From positions 372,001 to 436,000 of the forward strand of contig RSEE01000017.1 in assembly GCA_003971905.1 (NCBI GenBank): 64,000 nucleotides of DNA. The letters run 5' to 3'. Positions 1 through 13,311 of the stretch are shown here, in pieces; within the stretch, counting starts at the first letter, position 1; each line of letters opens with the position of its first letter. The notes under the pieces were generated by a model. That model had not been told where the DNA came from, ran no database searches, and saw only the letters and a list, made by a program, of their open reading frames with translations. Source of the stretch: Moniliella sp. 'wahieum' (taxonomy: Eukaryota). Both the position numbers and the translations under genes were made by a program.

Positions 1-1050
1 CCATCGCTGAGACCATCGCCATAATCAATGGCCTTTGGCATGTGGCTTGTTATCGCCGACACCAACATAACATGGGAAACATGGGGCCAAAACACCCCAC
101 CACCCCCCGTGTCCCAGGTTGCTCATAGCGACGCCTGCCCAGCTGAATACTGGTATCCTGATCGGCCTGTGATCAGCCACAAATATGCCCCAGGCCTATA
201 TTTTGAGTACTGTGGGCATTCGGCTACTCGGAGTACTGGTGCCTGAGGGTGCCTGAGTATACTACAATGGACAAGACCGGGATGAGGTTGTCCCTCAGAT
301 ATTAGACTTCAAGCAGGGGGCTCTGGGAGGTCTTACGCCCGGGCTGCATTCGTGGTTCCCGTGCTTATTAGGCACTCACCAGCCGCTGAAGAGGGCTCAG
401 GCTGACCGGGCTGATAATGATCGTCAGGCCGGCGTCAGGCACGTCAGGCCTCGGGCTGAGGCTACTTGACCTCAAGCTTCAAGCTTCAAGATCCATGTAC
501 ATTTACATTGAAGCTCTGGGACGCCCACTACAGCCACATTACTTGCCTCATTCGCGTCACTAACGGTTTTGTGCTGTGCACGTGTGCATTGTACCGAGTA
601 ACGGCGAGGCTATCGCCATATCGATCTTCTCCTGTCCAGATTTTACTGCGCTTTTGACCGTTATGTCTCCAGGGTTTGTAGCACCCATCGAGACTACTGC
701 GGCCTGGACCTGGGCACCTGTTAGGGGACTGAGCCTCAGTAACTGAAGCGCTGAAGCGCTGAAGCTCTCGAAGCTTGAAATCAGTGAACATCAGATCTCC
801 GAGCAGTGCATGTGGGCATTCCTCTCGTAGGCGTGACACGTGACATGTCTAATGTGACACATGCGAGAGGCTTAAGAAGTGAAACAAGAGGCGTTCTCTC
901 GCATACGCGAACGTGCCGCCTGCTTGATTAACCCGATTCCACATGGTTCGCTCCTCAGCGCAGAAGGCCCGGATGTGAATCTGTAGGCATCCCTCAGGCC
1001 TCGCATAGGCGCGATGATGGGATTTACGATCTGCCCCCCCACCAAGTTCC

Positions 1051-1058
1051 TTATAAAA
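1051..1058 (+). promoter_or_regulatory. TATA box of the PGM-family gene
   Basis: TTATAAAA about 75 bp upstream of ATG 1129, followed by a CT-rich 5' UTR-like stretch. Confidence 0.55.
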
Positions 1059-1128
1059 ACAAGCATGTCGCCTTCCCTTCCTCTCCTTTTCCCCCATCCA
1101 CCTCTCTCTTCTCTCGCCCGTCTGCATC

Positions 1129-1760
1129 ATGTTCCCCGCTGTGCTCTTCTTTTGCTTTTGGCCAGCTTGGTTCAAGCCGACAAGACCAAGGTTGCCAACA
1201 AGGTGTACCTTATCCGGCATGGCGAAAAGCCGGACAGTGGGAATGGACTGTCGACCCAAGGTACCGAGCGGGCGCAGTGCCTTCCCTCGGTGTTCACCTC
1301 GTCGAACGGGTACAACCTGGGACTGATCATGGCGGAGCAGCCTCAATCGGATGGCTCGCAGCAGCGCCCCTACGACACGGTTAAGCCCCTTGCCGACTCG
1401 CTGGGGTTGACTGTGGACACCAACTGCCAGCGCGACGATACATCGTGCGTGGCCAACGAGATCCAAAACTTTGCCGATTCGTCAAGCCAGGACATCCTGA
1501 TTTGCTGGGAGCACAAGGCGCTGTCGGACATCTCGGACCAGCTGGGAGACCAATTCAAGTACCCTTCCGACCACTTTGGTATGTCTCTGTCTGCCTCCCT
1601 TTTGTTGCGCGTTTTGCGTTCTTTTTGGGGTTCTGTGGCGTATCTGATCGCTAACTGTGGGATGGGTGGATCGGCAATAGACTTGATCTACGAGATTATC
1701 GATGGCGACTTGACGTCCAACTCGCCCTGGTCTGAGGACTGCGCCGGGTTGGACTCGTAG
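1129..1760 (+). CDS. Secreted histidine phosphatase / phosphoglycerate mutase-family protein
   Basis: Motifs VYLIRHGEKP, G.ERAQCL, QRPYDTVKPLA and ILICWEH. Signal-peptide-like start MFPAVLF/LLLASLVQA needs one indel in the T-run. Intron GTATGT ~1578 to CAATAG 1680 with a GCTAAC branch. Confidence 0.85.
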
Positions 1761-2846
1761 TGCCAGGCGCAATTGCATTGACAACTTTCTGGACGAACGG
1801 TGGGCGGAGGCTGCCTTTGGCTTTTGGCATTTGGGCTGGGCTGGGCGACTGGTAATGATTACGCGATGGTCCAAGTCAATCGAAGTCGATGAGGGTGCTG
1901 TGCGTGATGGAACAGAGGGTACTCTCCGACGAGCAGTCTACAGGAGAGGTGGGCAGGCGATTGATCACAGAGAGCGGAGCGAGATTAGGTGCAGCGAAGA
2001 GCGGAGCGGTGGCGGAGAGGCAGGACCCAACTGCAGAGAAAACGGACAGGAAAGGCGGGCGCACGCGCCGCGCGAGCTATGGTATGAACGGGTCTAGTTC
2101 CCTGAGCCCTACTGGCACCAGCCTATAGGCAAACTACCATGTATCGCCCCGACGTCACAACAGGAGAGGCAGCCCAACAAAAGGCTACCTATTTACCTAC
2201 CGTCATAAGATTAGTCAGCGTGCTTGGCCGCTAACGCGTAACGTGTAACGCGTCGCCCGTAATATAACCGGCAACTGGTAACCAGACTGGAAGCTTAAAG
2301 TAACGTTTAACCCCACCGACGTTTCAATGCACAATGCAGGAACATTGTGGGAAGGATATGTGTGCGCTGCGCCTCCGCACTGGGGCTGCGCGGGATTGGG
2401 GCGACAAAGCAGGCGGAGAAGGCAGGCGCGGGGGCAGTGTGAACCTGCGCTCCCCTGCAGAGACGGTGCGGGGGTGCTGGGGCGCTGGGGCCACCCCGGA
2501 CAGAGCGGGGGCGGTGGGTGCGCTTGGGTGCGCTTGGGTGCCCCAGGCAAGCGTCGCATCTGAGATCTCAGAGCGCTCACCTCAATCAAGCTCACGCACG
2601 GGGGCTGTGGACTGGGCCAGTGCGCTCTGCCCTCGGCATATACGCTGCTCGTCCATACCACACGTCACAGCAGGACCATGTTCAATGGGCTGCGTGGCGC
2701 ACTATAGCACACTCACCAGCACCCAGCCGCAGCTGCAGCAGCACAGGCCCGACAGCTCACGCCAAGCCGCGTCGGCGGCATGCCAGCTGCTCGCAGCCAC
2801 ACGTGTCTTCCCGCCGTGCCTCTCCTCCTCCACCACCACCGCCACC

Positions 2847-4530
2847 ATGTCTACGTCGCCCCGCTCGGGCTTCCGAGTATGTCAAGTGCTCTTTGCTCCA
2901 TCCGGCATGCCGTGCCCGTCCGTCGCGCTCGCCTCTGACCACAGCGAGACCCTACAGACTGCCTAACCAGCCAACAGACCCAGCTCCTCGCCGACCTCTG
3001 GACTGCCTTCTTTGCCTCTTGCCGCATCGAACCTACCGCGGCCGTGGCCGATACATCCTCCTCCCAACAGCCCCTCGCTGAGTCGGCCACAGCCCATTCG
3101 GGTCTCCATCCACAGAGCCACAACATCCCCTCCGACGACCGTGCAAAGCAGCAGCTCAAGCGAGCTGAGGAAGCATCGGAGATGCACGCCTTTCTCGAGA
3201 CGTATGGCGGCCCGCAGTTGCGTCGGATTTTTTGGACCGGCATCGTGCGAGGCGACCATCCCGACGCGGTCATGCTCCGCTTTCTCCCGAGCTAGGAAAT
3301 GGGACGTACAGGCGGCTGTGAACCAAATTGGCAGTGTGGCCCGCTTCCGCGTGGAAAACCAGTTGGAAGCACTACTTCGCGGCGGGGAACCCGTGTTGGC
3401 GCGGACCAAGGGCGCCGCCTCGCTGATGCGTCGCGGGGTTTGCTACATTTGGGGCCCACGCAACAGGGAGAACCGATCTATTGGATTGAGGTGGCTCGTC
3501 ATCTCTCTGCAAACCAGACGCAGCACGAACTGCTCCAACTCGTACACTACTACCAAGAGTGGCTCTCTCTGTTGACGGTGCCACCGGTGGAGAGGAAGCT
3601 GATCTGTTTTAATCTGACCAACTTTTCCCTGCGCCAGATGGACTGGTGGTGCGTGTTTGCGATTGTCAAGACGATCGATCGGTACTACCCAGAAACAGTT
3701 TCGCGCTTTCTGGTGTGGAGCCCCCCGTGGATCTTCAAGCCGATCTGGATGATTTTGCGTCCATTGCTCGATCCTGTGGTGCGGGAAAAGGTGGTAATTT
3801 TGTCCGACATTAATGAACTAGCCAAGTATGTCCCGCTCCATCGTGTACCAGCGGAGACGATGCAGGGGGCCAGAGTCCATGGAAATACACCTGGCCTGAA
3901 CCCAAGGAAGAGGAGCCTGTGGATGGCCGACTGCAAGAACAAGAAAAGACCGACGAGTTCTTTGCATCGGTCCAAGCGTTTGAAGATGCCACCCGGACCT
4001 GGCTCATGACAATGGAGCGAGCGGAACCGCGGCCGCGTCGGATAGGAAGGGGGTCAAGTCCGCCTCGGATCCCTACAATGGGTTCTTTGACGGAGAAGAC
4101 CCCTTTTCCACCATGACTCCACAAGCACACAGCCTGTCCTCATCCGCAACTCTTCCGCTTGATGGGACAGAGAACCCCATTGTTCAAGGTGCCAAAGCTG
4201 CGTGCAATGTAGCGGCTACAAGGATGCGGATGCACTGGCTCGAACTGCTACCTCACCTCGTAGGGCAGAATATGTGGCTGTCATGGGGCGTTTCACCTCT
4301 TAATGGAAGTGTGACATGGACCTATCCACCACCTCTGGAAGAGAAAGCGAAAGCGTTGGAAGGCACAACTTCTTGCCAAATGGCCCCCCTCCCCAGGGGA
4401 AGATGTCATGACGATTCACCGTGGACCCGATGGGAGCGAAACCCAGATTATTGGTGGCGTTAATGCGCTGCCTCACCTCTCTGTTGTGCTCGATACTATT
4501 GAACAGCGTAAGCCTATCAAGACGTTCTAG
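2847..4530 (+). CDS. CRAL-TRIO (Sec14-like) phosphatidylinositol transfer protein, CSR1/SFH2-like
   Basis: Motifs GDHPDAVMLRFL/RARKWDV, FNLTNFSLRQMD, YYPETVSRFLVWSPPWIFKPIWMILRPLLDPVVREKV. Intron ~2877-2945. Several frameshifts. Confidence 0.85.
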
Positions 4531-5584
4531 AGAAACTGGGCTTCCCGTCTCTACGTTCCGATATGTTTTCGAATCGGTTTTGTAGAGGGGGGGGGATTCC
4601 TTTTTTCTTCCCTCTCTCAGCACACCCTCACCATTCGTGTGCTTGGCTCAACCATTTCGTGTGCTTTGCTCATTTCGGCGCTTGCTCCCCCCCCCCCCCG
4701 ACCCCTCCTTCCTCTGGGACGGCGAGCAACCTTTTTTTCCCTCCGGAGGGGGCATCAATCTCGTCTGCGGTTAGCAATGAGTTTGAGTTCCATGACCTGT
4801 GACTGAGGCGAGCAAAAGAGAAGGCAAAATGGTTGCTTCTGTTGTCATTGCCCAGACTCATGCGGGGAGGTGTTTTGGGGGGAGCAGTTCAACCGTTCTT
4901 TTTTCGCATTGGTCCATTGGCCAACAGGTCTACGACCGAGTTTTCCCCCTTCAATATTAAGTCTGTGTACTTGTTTGTGTACTTGGTGTGTACTTGTTTG
5001 TTTGCTTGTTAGAATCGCATCTAAAGTGTCGTTGTGGACCCAATAGTGCGGGAGTGCGCGGCGAGTGCCCCTCCCCCCCAGCCATTGGCCACAGCCGTGT
5101 TTCTTTCTTATATTACTCCCCCCTTCCATGCAGGTTCGTGAGGGCTCCATCGTATGTTATTCCCCTTCCTTTGGTGGTGAGCAGCATGCTGATTACCCTC
5201 GGACGAATGGGAATAGCAAGGTGCGCCACTGGCCATGCAATGTATTGGTCGCCGTGGTCCTTCCATCATTCCTTTCTTTCTGTCTTTCGCCTGCAGACCC
5301 TGCTGTCATGGAATCATTTCCATTCCAACATAGCGATTTGCACATGGTGTTGAGCTCGTCCGCCAGGTGCCCGATTTTCTTCGCGGTACTTTGACCACCT
5401 CGTCACTCAAGTTTACATGGACGCGACGAAGCGGCTCGAAGGGTTTTCTGAGAAGGGTGAGTTGGCTTAGTTCAGACCAAGCATTATCGTTCGGCATTCT
5501 ACCAGGAACTATCCCTCCTACTCATGCTACACTTGACAAGGGAGAGGGTAAGATCATTTAGAAGACAAGGTAGGCAACATGCAG

Positions 5585-6624
5585 TTACTTTCCGCTCTTC
5601 TTTTTGCGATTGACAGGTTTCTTGGTCTTGACCGCAGTGGTACCCGTCACAGCAGCTTCCGGCAAAGAAGGAGCTTCCTCTTGCTCCTCTCCCTTTTCGT
5701 CCGATTCCTTAGGGGGCGGGCGGAACTTCTGTACCAGCGCATAGGCCACGTGGTGGACCACGAGGGAGCTTCAAGCGCCTGCGGATCATCACAAACCGCT
5801 CTCCGCCCGAGTTGGGCACAACGCCTTCCACCAACTCGGGGGATACCATGACATCAATGGTGCGGGACGATGCGGCGACTGGGGCAGCCAAGAGTCGCTT
5901 GAGCGCACCCTCATGTGCAGCCCAAGCTTCTTCCGACTCATCAGAGGGCAGGGGGGAAGTGCTTCAAAGCCGCCCAGGGCACTCGCACTTTGCGCACACC
6001 AACCGCCTTCTTCCCCGCAGGTTGAAGATGAGCTGGGCTCTCGCATCCAGGGCCCAGGGCAACCAGCCGCGCAGTCCGCCACAGTGCCACCACTTTCTTC
6101 TGGTCTCGCACAAAGGTGTATTGTTCAGCGCACGCTCCAATGCCACCGAGAGCACGAAGAGAAAGACCATGACCCCAACCAGACCGGGGCGATAGCGGTG
6201 GTAAAAGTACCCTGTGCCCCTCCATTGAGGGAACCCGTTCTTGAGGAATTCATCGTACCGGTCCCTTCGTCCGTCGCGGAGAATCTTGTTGATGCGGCCC
6301 AGCTGTTCAAACTGCTTGGCTGCCTGGGCAGAAGGGTTGCGGTCCGGATGCAAGGCCAGCGATTTCTTGCGGTACGCGCGCTTGATCTCGGGCATCGACG
6401 CATCGCGTCCACACCAAGCGTCGTGTAGAAGTCGGCCTGGGGGAGGATGCGCGGAGCGCAGCCTGCAGCTCAAGATCTGGCGGGTAGGGCGCTAGGTCAG
6501 CAGGGAAGAACAACGCAGGGGAGAAACGCAGGTACCTCTGATGTCATCCTTGTCCCAGTGGTTTTGAGCGAGGGCGAAGCAGGCACCCATCAGCAGGGCA
6601 GACCCATGTCCAGCGGAGGTGCAT
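5585..6624 (-). CDS. ERJ5: ER membrane J-domain (DnaJ) protein, ERJ5/DNAJC25-like
   Basis: Signal peptide then WDKDDI-EIFEL, J domain [47 protein letters not shown] followed by a TM helix, and a basic C-terminus. Intron 6477-6535. Frameshifts present. Confidence 0.8.
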
Positions 6625-7703
6625 CGTGCGTCGCACGTCGACTGTGCTGGGGCGTCACGTAGGGGTGGTGGTGGGGGGGGTGAAGGCGAAGCATGCGGCA
6701 CGGACGCAGCCTTGCCGCTGCTGTCCTGCCCCCCCTTCTTCCTGCCACGTGGAGCAGGCAGCTGATCGTGCCAGGCAGGCCAGGCAGGGCCAGGCACCTG
6801 ACCGGCCTGGACAACAGCAGGTCACGTGCTTCACGCTGGCCCGGCTCTCCTCTGCCTTACTCTGTTTCCCCCGAGGAGGCGCTAGAGGCACCAATTGCAA
6901 CTAGGGTTATGGTGCTCTGCAACCAGGCCGGGCTGCGTATTGCGCTGCTATTACTTCGTGACAAAACATCATCAGCGCAATCAGCAGCTGCGTGGGGGTT
7001 ATACCTGCTAAGGCCTCGGTGGTAAGGATACGAAAACGGCGGGTATACAGCTAAGTCCCCACCACGGATAGTGCCGTGCGCAGCGTAAAATAAGAGGGGT
7101 AAGGCTTCGCCAATACGGGTGTGCTATAGATTTGTTGGGAGGGAAGGATTCTCGGTTTGGGTATTGGGCACGATTTACATCCAGCATGGAGTTGCTCGGC
7201 GGCACCATATAGGACAGTTTCTATTTGACAAGGGTGCTGGTTGCTGTTCCTCTTTATTCCTCGAGAAGAAGCGTTGGATGTAGGTTGTGTTGCCCAGGAC
7301 CAGAACTTACACTTATTGTATAGCACGTGGGATAGTTTATAGCGGCGATGAGAGGCATAAAGCGTATCCAGAGACAGATGACAATACGTTTCGTTTGATG
7401 CTCTCTCCCTACGAGGGATGAATAGCAGAGAGAACAAAGGTGGGACATTACCACTTGTTTCCTTCTCGTGGAACGCCGCGCTCGATCCGCCTCGAGATGC
7501 TTGTTCCTTCATGCAGTTGACAATGACAGGAAAACATGGCGGCGAAGTGAGAGAGGAGGAGGGTAATAACGTCATATTATCGTGAAAGGCACAGACGTGC
7601 GTCTAGACACCTTTTGCACAGCCAGCACCTCCGTATTTTCACACCCCTTCTTGACTTCTCTAACATTATTGTGGGTTCCTCTGATCCGTATCACTCTCTC
7701 GCT

Positions 7704-7740
7704 CCCTTGCTCTCTTGCTCTCTTGCTCTCTTGCTCTCTT
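7704..7740. repeat. 8-bp tandem repeat (TCTCTTGC)n, about 4 copies
   Basis: Read directly: cccttgc tctcttgc tctcttgc tctcttgc tctctt. Confidence 0.8.
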
Positions 7741-9304
7741 CTCGACTGGGCTTCTGTTTCAATCCCTTAACATAAACAACATGATCTACAAATCTCTCTC
7801 ATACTCTTCTCCAAATCGCTGTCCGTCTAAAACGCCAAACATAATGGTTCCGACTCAGTTTCTCACCTCCTTCTCGCCCGGTCGCTTTTTCCCTTGACCC
7901 TTCAAGTTTCATCCTCGAGACTCGTTCTTTTTCGCTTTCTTTTAGTGCGTGGCCATCACTTCCTTCCCTTACGATTCGTTTCCCTTAGACCTTTTCCATC
8001 ATTTGGTGCGTTTCACCCTTCACTCTAATATCGACCTCTTGTAACAGTCGGGGCTAGACAAGGGAGACCAAGGTCCTGTCAAAATGGGCTGAGAAATGGC
8101 ACGACCGTTCGTGGGAGGAAACAAGAGGCATCTGGGAGTAGGGAACCGAAGCAAAAGGGAAAGGGAAGAGCGAGATATGCGGGATGCAGAGAGCGTGTTT
8201 AGTCGATTGGTGACACCTCTCTTGGTTCTTTCTCTTCTCTTCTCTTATTCTTATGTGCCTGTTCTTTGACGAGGTTGGACGGGTGGGGAGATGATGCTAA
8301 AGATGTTGATGAGGTCGACGAGTAGTAGCATTAGTATAGCAGGGTAATGCATACACACCCCTTGTTATTTTTTTCTGTTTTTGTTTGGGCATTGGTCAGT
8401 AACTCCGCCCCATCCGGTCATTACGCTAGCGATTACGTTCCCTCCAGCTTCCCGACGCATGGATATCGCCTGCTGTTGCGGATAGGGCCAATGCAAGGCC
8501 TAGGCCTAGCCCCTATATTTAGATCTAGATCGGATGGTGTGATGAGAGTGATATGCCATGCAGCTTCACTTGAAATTTGAAAAGCTTAACGCTTACAGCC
8601 GGGACCAGAGGCTCTTCCCCCGCAAAGGTGTGCTCGAGCATCCAGGCGCTCAGCTCCCCACGAAGCCAAGCCTAGACTGGAGGCGCTGGGACACAGGGGC
8701 GCCAGGCTCGGGCGTGCGGAGGAATACTGAGGTCATTTTGGGGTGTGAGAAAAGAGACCCGAGGTACTCACTATGAAGCGTGACATGTGACAGGGGATGC
8801 ATGATGTGCAGCGACGAATGAGGCACGCATCCGCTGAACGTGATGGATTCCGCCTATTTCCGCCGCATCTGCCGTGCCGCGGACGATGGATGATGGGCGT
8901 GGTGGGTGAGCTGTGCGGACGACACTGGCGCCGTGCCAGCACACATGGAATGCCGCGTGGGGTGGGGGGCCGCATGGGGGCAGTGCGACCTCTTTAGCAG
9001 GCGCTGCATTGGGCGGACGCCTGCGGGCTGCTGCTCGGGCCTAGCTGGGCCCTCCCGCCCGGGCGGCCGCCGTGTCTGCCGCAGTGCATCCATTGGCCTG
9101 GTCTCGATCAGCGATCGTCCCACCACGCTGTCGTCGCCGATTCCGTCCCCCTCGCCCCCATCTCCAGCCTGCTGCCTCCACCCCTCTCGGCTGCGATCGG
9201 TCGTTGCTACTCGCACCCCCCCCCCCCCCACCCACCCCACCCGTCTGCTGCCCTCGCCTCGCCCCGCCACCCCCTCCCCCCCCCCTGAGGGTAAGGTGGA
9301 CAAG

Positions 9305-10427
9305 ATGATGAGCACGCCATCGCCCTACCCGTCCGTGCTGACGGGGGCGCCTCTGCCCGACGACGCCCAGATCGAGCGCAGTCAGCCGTCGGTCTGCGTC
9401 GACTACCTTTCCCACAAGTGGACCGACGAGGATGTGTGGTCCAGTTGGAAGGCCATGACAAAGAAGAAGAACGAGATCGCCAATGGTGTGCGCCTCGAGA
9501 ACGCCTCCTGGCGCACGTGGGCCAAGCAGCGCGGCAACCTGCCCACCGTTTCCCCCGAGACACTCAATTGGTACGTTTTCATCTGCCTGGCGAAACGTCT
9601 CTAATGTCTCTGGCTTGATCGCACCACAGGTTGAAGGACAGCGATGTCACCTGGCTCTACGGCCCACTTCATGAGCATGCCGAACCGGTACCCCCGCCTA
9701 AGGTAGCCAGTGTCTCGGAGCGCTTTGGCCTCGATCCGGGAACCCCCGCCCCCCTTATCGGTGGCACTCCCGAACTAGCCCCCTTTAGTTCGCAGCACCA
9801 ACACGCCACAGCCCCAGGTCGGATGGCATGACGCCTGAGGCATATCCTCCCGCCAAGCGGCGGATCGAGGAAACCCCGGAGAGTGGATTCCATGTCCACC
9901 CTGGCAATGCCGCCTTTGCCCACGCAGGGTTTGGGAGCTACGTCAATTCTTCGGGCCAGAAATCCATCCTGAAACACCGCACGCTTGGTGACATCCTCGC
10001 CCCTCACGACTCGAATGGGAACACTCTCACCCATGCCCACTCGCATGGCAGCCCTCACTCGCATGGCGAGGAGGACTCCAACTCGGACAAGGATGGGGGG
10101 CATAGACACATCACCTTCAACTCGACGGTGGAGCAGTGCATTGCCCTTGATGATCCAATGGAGGAGGAAGAGGAGCAGAATCCGACCATTGCCAAGCTCG
10201 CCCCGACGCACCTGAAAGCCCAAGCAGAGCAAGAACCCCACGTGTCGTTTGGCAACTTTGATTACAGCTATGCCCCCGAGTGGGAGGTGGTGGAAGACCC
10301 CGAGTATTACACCCCCGATTATGAGCCAGCTGCGGGCGAGACACTAAGCAGCGATGATTATCTCGACGAGCGTGGGCGCGCTACGCAACGGACGCCAGAC
10401 GAGCGAACGAACCGGATTCATGAGTGA
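9305..10427 (+). CDS. REG1: PP1 regulatory subunit Reg1/Hex2-like (DUF1752/NitrogenReg-type N-terminal domain)
   Basis: CVDYLSHKWTDEDVWSSWK..NGVRLENASWRTWAKQ..VSPETLNW|LKDSDVTWLYGPL, plus a SILK motif (KSILKHR) and an RVxF motif (RHITF..VEQCIAL). Intron 9571-9629. One frameshift near 9820. Confidence 0.88.
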
Positions 10428-10544
10428 TCCTGTATCCAATCATCCTACATTAGCCCTGCCTTCTATTATAATTGCACGTTCCCAACCGGTTAACAGCGGT
10501 TTGTATTGCACCTTATGACAGGGCACACTCATAGTAGGCACTGC

Positions 10545-11330
10545 TTAGAGCTTCTTAGCCTGGACCAGCGCCTCCACCTCAGCAATGGCGTTGTCCAGAA
10601 TCTGCTTCTGGAGCGAGGGGTCCTTCAGTGCGTCCTGCACTTGGCCCACCACAGTCTTCGCCAGCTCCTTCTGCTCTTCGTCACGGACCTGAGCCTCGTA
10701 CCGCACCCACGAGTCGAGCACCGTCTTCACCTCAGCCGCAAGGGCAGTCTTCTGCTGCAGCTCGAACACCTGAGCCTCAGTCTGAGCCGTGTCCTTAGCC
10801 AGGGCGTACAGGCCCTTGGTCACGTTCACAACGTCCTTCTGAGCCTCGACCGCAGTGATCCGGTCCTGGATCGACTGGGCGTGGCGCTCGCGCGCGTCCG
10901 TGAGCATTTGGGTAATACGCTACCATTCACAAGTTAGCTCTCTTCCTCCTCATTGCGCAACGGGAGTAACCCCGGAAAAGACGGTAGGCACACGTACAGC
11001 AGCGCTCGAGTTGGCCCAATCGTTGAAGGGACCACCACCCTTCTTGACAATCGCCGTAAAGACAATCAAGAAGCCAGCCAAGATGACAGTGTCATCGTTG
11101 AGGACGTAGATCTCGTTGGAAACGGCAGCAGCAAGCAGCCCGCTACCCAGGGTAAGCCAGCCGGTCTTGGCTACCACCGAGTCGCCCGGGAGCAAGTCAA
11201 TCAGGGCCGAGGCTTTGGTAGCCGGTGCGGGCTTGGACGAGGAAAACCGCACCTGGCCCAATTGGCTCACCGTAGGCACGGCAGATGCGAGACGGGGCGC
11301 CCGGAGAAGCGTACGCGTAGCAATCGACAT
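10545..11330 (-). CDS. ATP4: Mitochondrial ATP synthase subunit b (subunit 4)
   Basis: Presequence MSIATRTLLRAPR; KASALIDLLPGDSVVAKTG, SNEIYVLNDDTVIL, KTVLDSWVRYEAQVR..EQKELA. Clean intron 10920-10997. Confidence 0.96.
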
Positions 11331-11555
11331 GGCGGTCAGCGGTGGAGAAGGAGCAGGAGCCAGTCCCACCCGACTGTGGCCGAGGTTCTGACAGGCAGCA
11401 GCGCCCGGGCGGGCTTGCCAGCTGGCGAAGGGCGGCATGGGGGCAGTGCAAAGCCCCTCGCACAGGGGGAGTGTTGCGCTGACGAAGATACAGCGGAATT
11501 GTGTTTCCGCCTCCCGGTAGGCGCAACCCTACTACTGGGCTCGTTCCCCCTTGCA

Positions 11556-12900
11556 ATGCTACGACGGCAGCACGCGCCTCCGCATATTGGCAGAGCGTCG
11601 ATAATCGACAAGTGCCCAAGTTGCGATACAAGCTACGCATAGACACATCGTCATCGTCCAGGCCACGGCGGCACCACCCAGCGGCACGACGTTACACCCT
11701 GTCTGCGCTGTCTGCACCGGCCACAACGAAGTGCAGCAGCGTCTGGATGTCTCCTGGGCACCCCCAATATCGGACCTGAAGAAAAAGATTGACGAACTTT
11801 TGTATGCCACACGCGATGGACTCGTAGTACCTCGGGGACTCAAATCACTCGATCAACAATCCAAGGCTGCTTTTGTCCAGGCCAAGACCCGACTGCACCA
11901 GCGCCTATTTATTCGCTTGATGGCCGGAAACTTGTTGACCACGTTCATTATCCCCGTGGGGAGCGGTGGAGTCACAAGACGCTCAAGACCGTTGGAACAG
12001 TGTCAGCCTTCCCTCCCTCGAGCTGGTGTTGAAGGAGGACGAGGGTGCGCCCCCCTCGTTCGTGGGCGATCTTCCCTCAGTCCATACGAACGCACACGGT
12101 ATGCTGAGGACTCTCTTGGCCTCTATTCGCACAGAAATGGACGAACATCTTCCTCCTCTGCACGGCCATGCTGCTATGAAGAGCCAACCTGTTGCTGATG
12201 CCGTCCCAGAAGGGGTTCTCCATCCTAGGAGGGCTGGGTATGAGTACCTCTCTAGGCTGGAGACGGTATTTGGTCGAAAGCAAAGTACACCTATACCCTT
12301 CTCGTTCATCTGTCGTACCAAGTCATTTCTAAAGCGAACTGGGCCCCTCCTTTTCGTACACCCAGCGGTCCACGCCCGCGCACACCACCCCCACCTCACC
12401 CCGACCACGCTCACCTCTCTGCATAATCAGCTCAACATATCCTCTCCGTTTTATCCATATAGCAGGTCTTTGATTCCATACCGCCCTTGTCCCTGTCGTT
12501 AAACTAAGTACCTCCTTCATCGTTCCCTCCGCGCTTGTGACATCTCTTTTTCTTGCTGCAGCACTCATCCAAATCCAGTTCTATAACAGTCTCAATAGAC
12601 CAAACCCAGTAATTCACGACCAATACGGTCTCAGTGCTAACCAAACAGCATTAATCTCCACCGGAAGCGGACCTGTGTTAGCGCCACCGTGCATGCTCAA
12701 CCCATTAATTTTCAGTGATTTGTCGGTAATTGACCTAGATCGATGTCTATCAGCCTCGCCTCCCATTGCGTGTGGTAGGTGGTAGGCTTTGTTCAATGTC
12801 GACGAAGACGCTTAAGAGGTGTTTGCCTTCGCTCGCATCTTCGAGTGGGAGCGCGATAATTGCGGGGTAAATCGGGCGGGCGGAATTGGCGGAACTTGCC
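11556..12900 (+). CDS. Hypothetical spliced protein divergent from ATP4 (boundaries uncertain)
   Basis: Protein-like segments (LDVSWAPPISDLKKKIDELL; RWNSVSLPSLELVLK..GYEYLSRLETVFG; LVTSLFLAAALIQIQ) separated by GTATGC/GTACAC..CAG intron-like stretches. No family recognised. Confidence 0.4.
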
Positions 12901-12963
12901 GCCTGGGCGAGGTTTGTAATCAAGTGTGTCCGCCTTGTGGCCCTCCCCCACCATCTGACTACA

Positions 12964-13311
12964 ATGTTCGCTGCCCTTGGACGCGGTTGGCGCCACTTTC
13001 GCTGGTCCCTCTACGAGCGCCCGGGCTTCACCTTCATGGTGGTCGCCTGTTTCTCCACCCCCTGGATCACCGCCGCCGGTGTCAGCATCCTGAACAGGTT
13101 CGATTACCAACGGCCCATCCCACTCCCGCGTTCTTACCCTCGTACGTCTCTGTTCTTCTCATGGGCTGTTCCTGCCCAGGACGCAGCACTCGGTCTTGCT
13201 TCCTCCTCCTTTGGACTGGAGGGGACGACCATGATGGCTAGAGACTGACCCATGTGACCAGTACCCGAGGGCCCGCGCCAGGAGGTGACGGGGTACGACG
13301 ATGAGGAGTAA
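12964..13311 (+). CDS. NI9M: NADH:ubiquinone oxidoreductase 9.5 kDa subunit (NDUFA3/NI9M family)
   Basis: MFAALGRGWRHFRWSLYERPGF + TM helix + RPIPLPRSYP. Splicing intron 13142-13261 gives LPEGPRQEVTGYDDEE*, the characteristic P.SYP.P..R..GYDD C-terminus. Confidence 0.88.

Noticed and set aside
1..41. Start of a minus-strand gene (MPKAIDYGDGLSD..)
   Set aside because: Plausible, but only 13 codons are visible, which is too little to support a call.
10545..10560. C-terminal -KKL of ATP4 as a peroxisomal PTS1
   Set aside because: It is a non-canonical tripeptide on an inner-membrane protein with a clear mitochondrial presequence.
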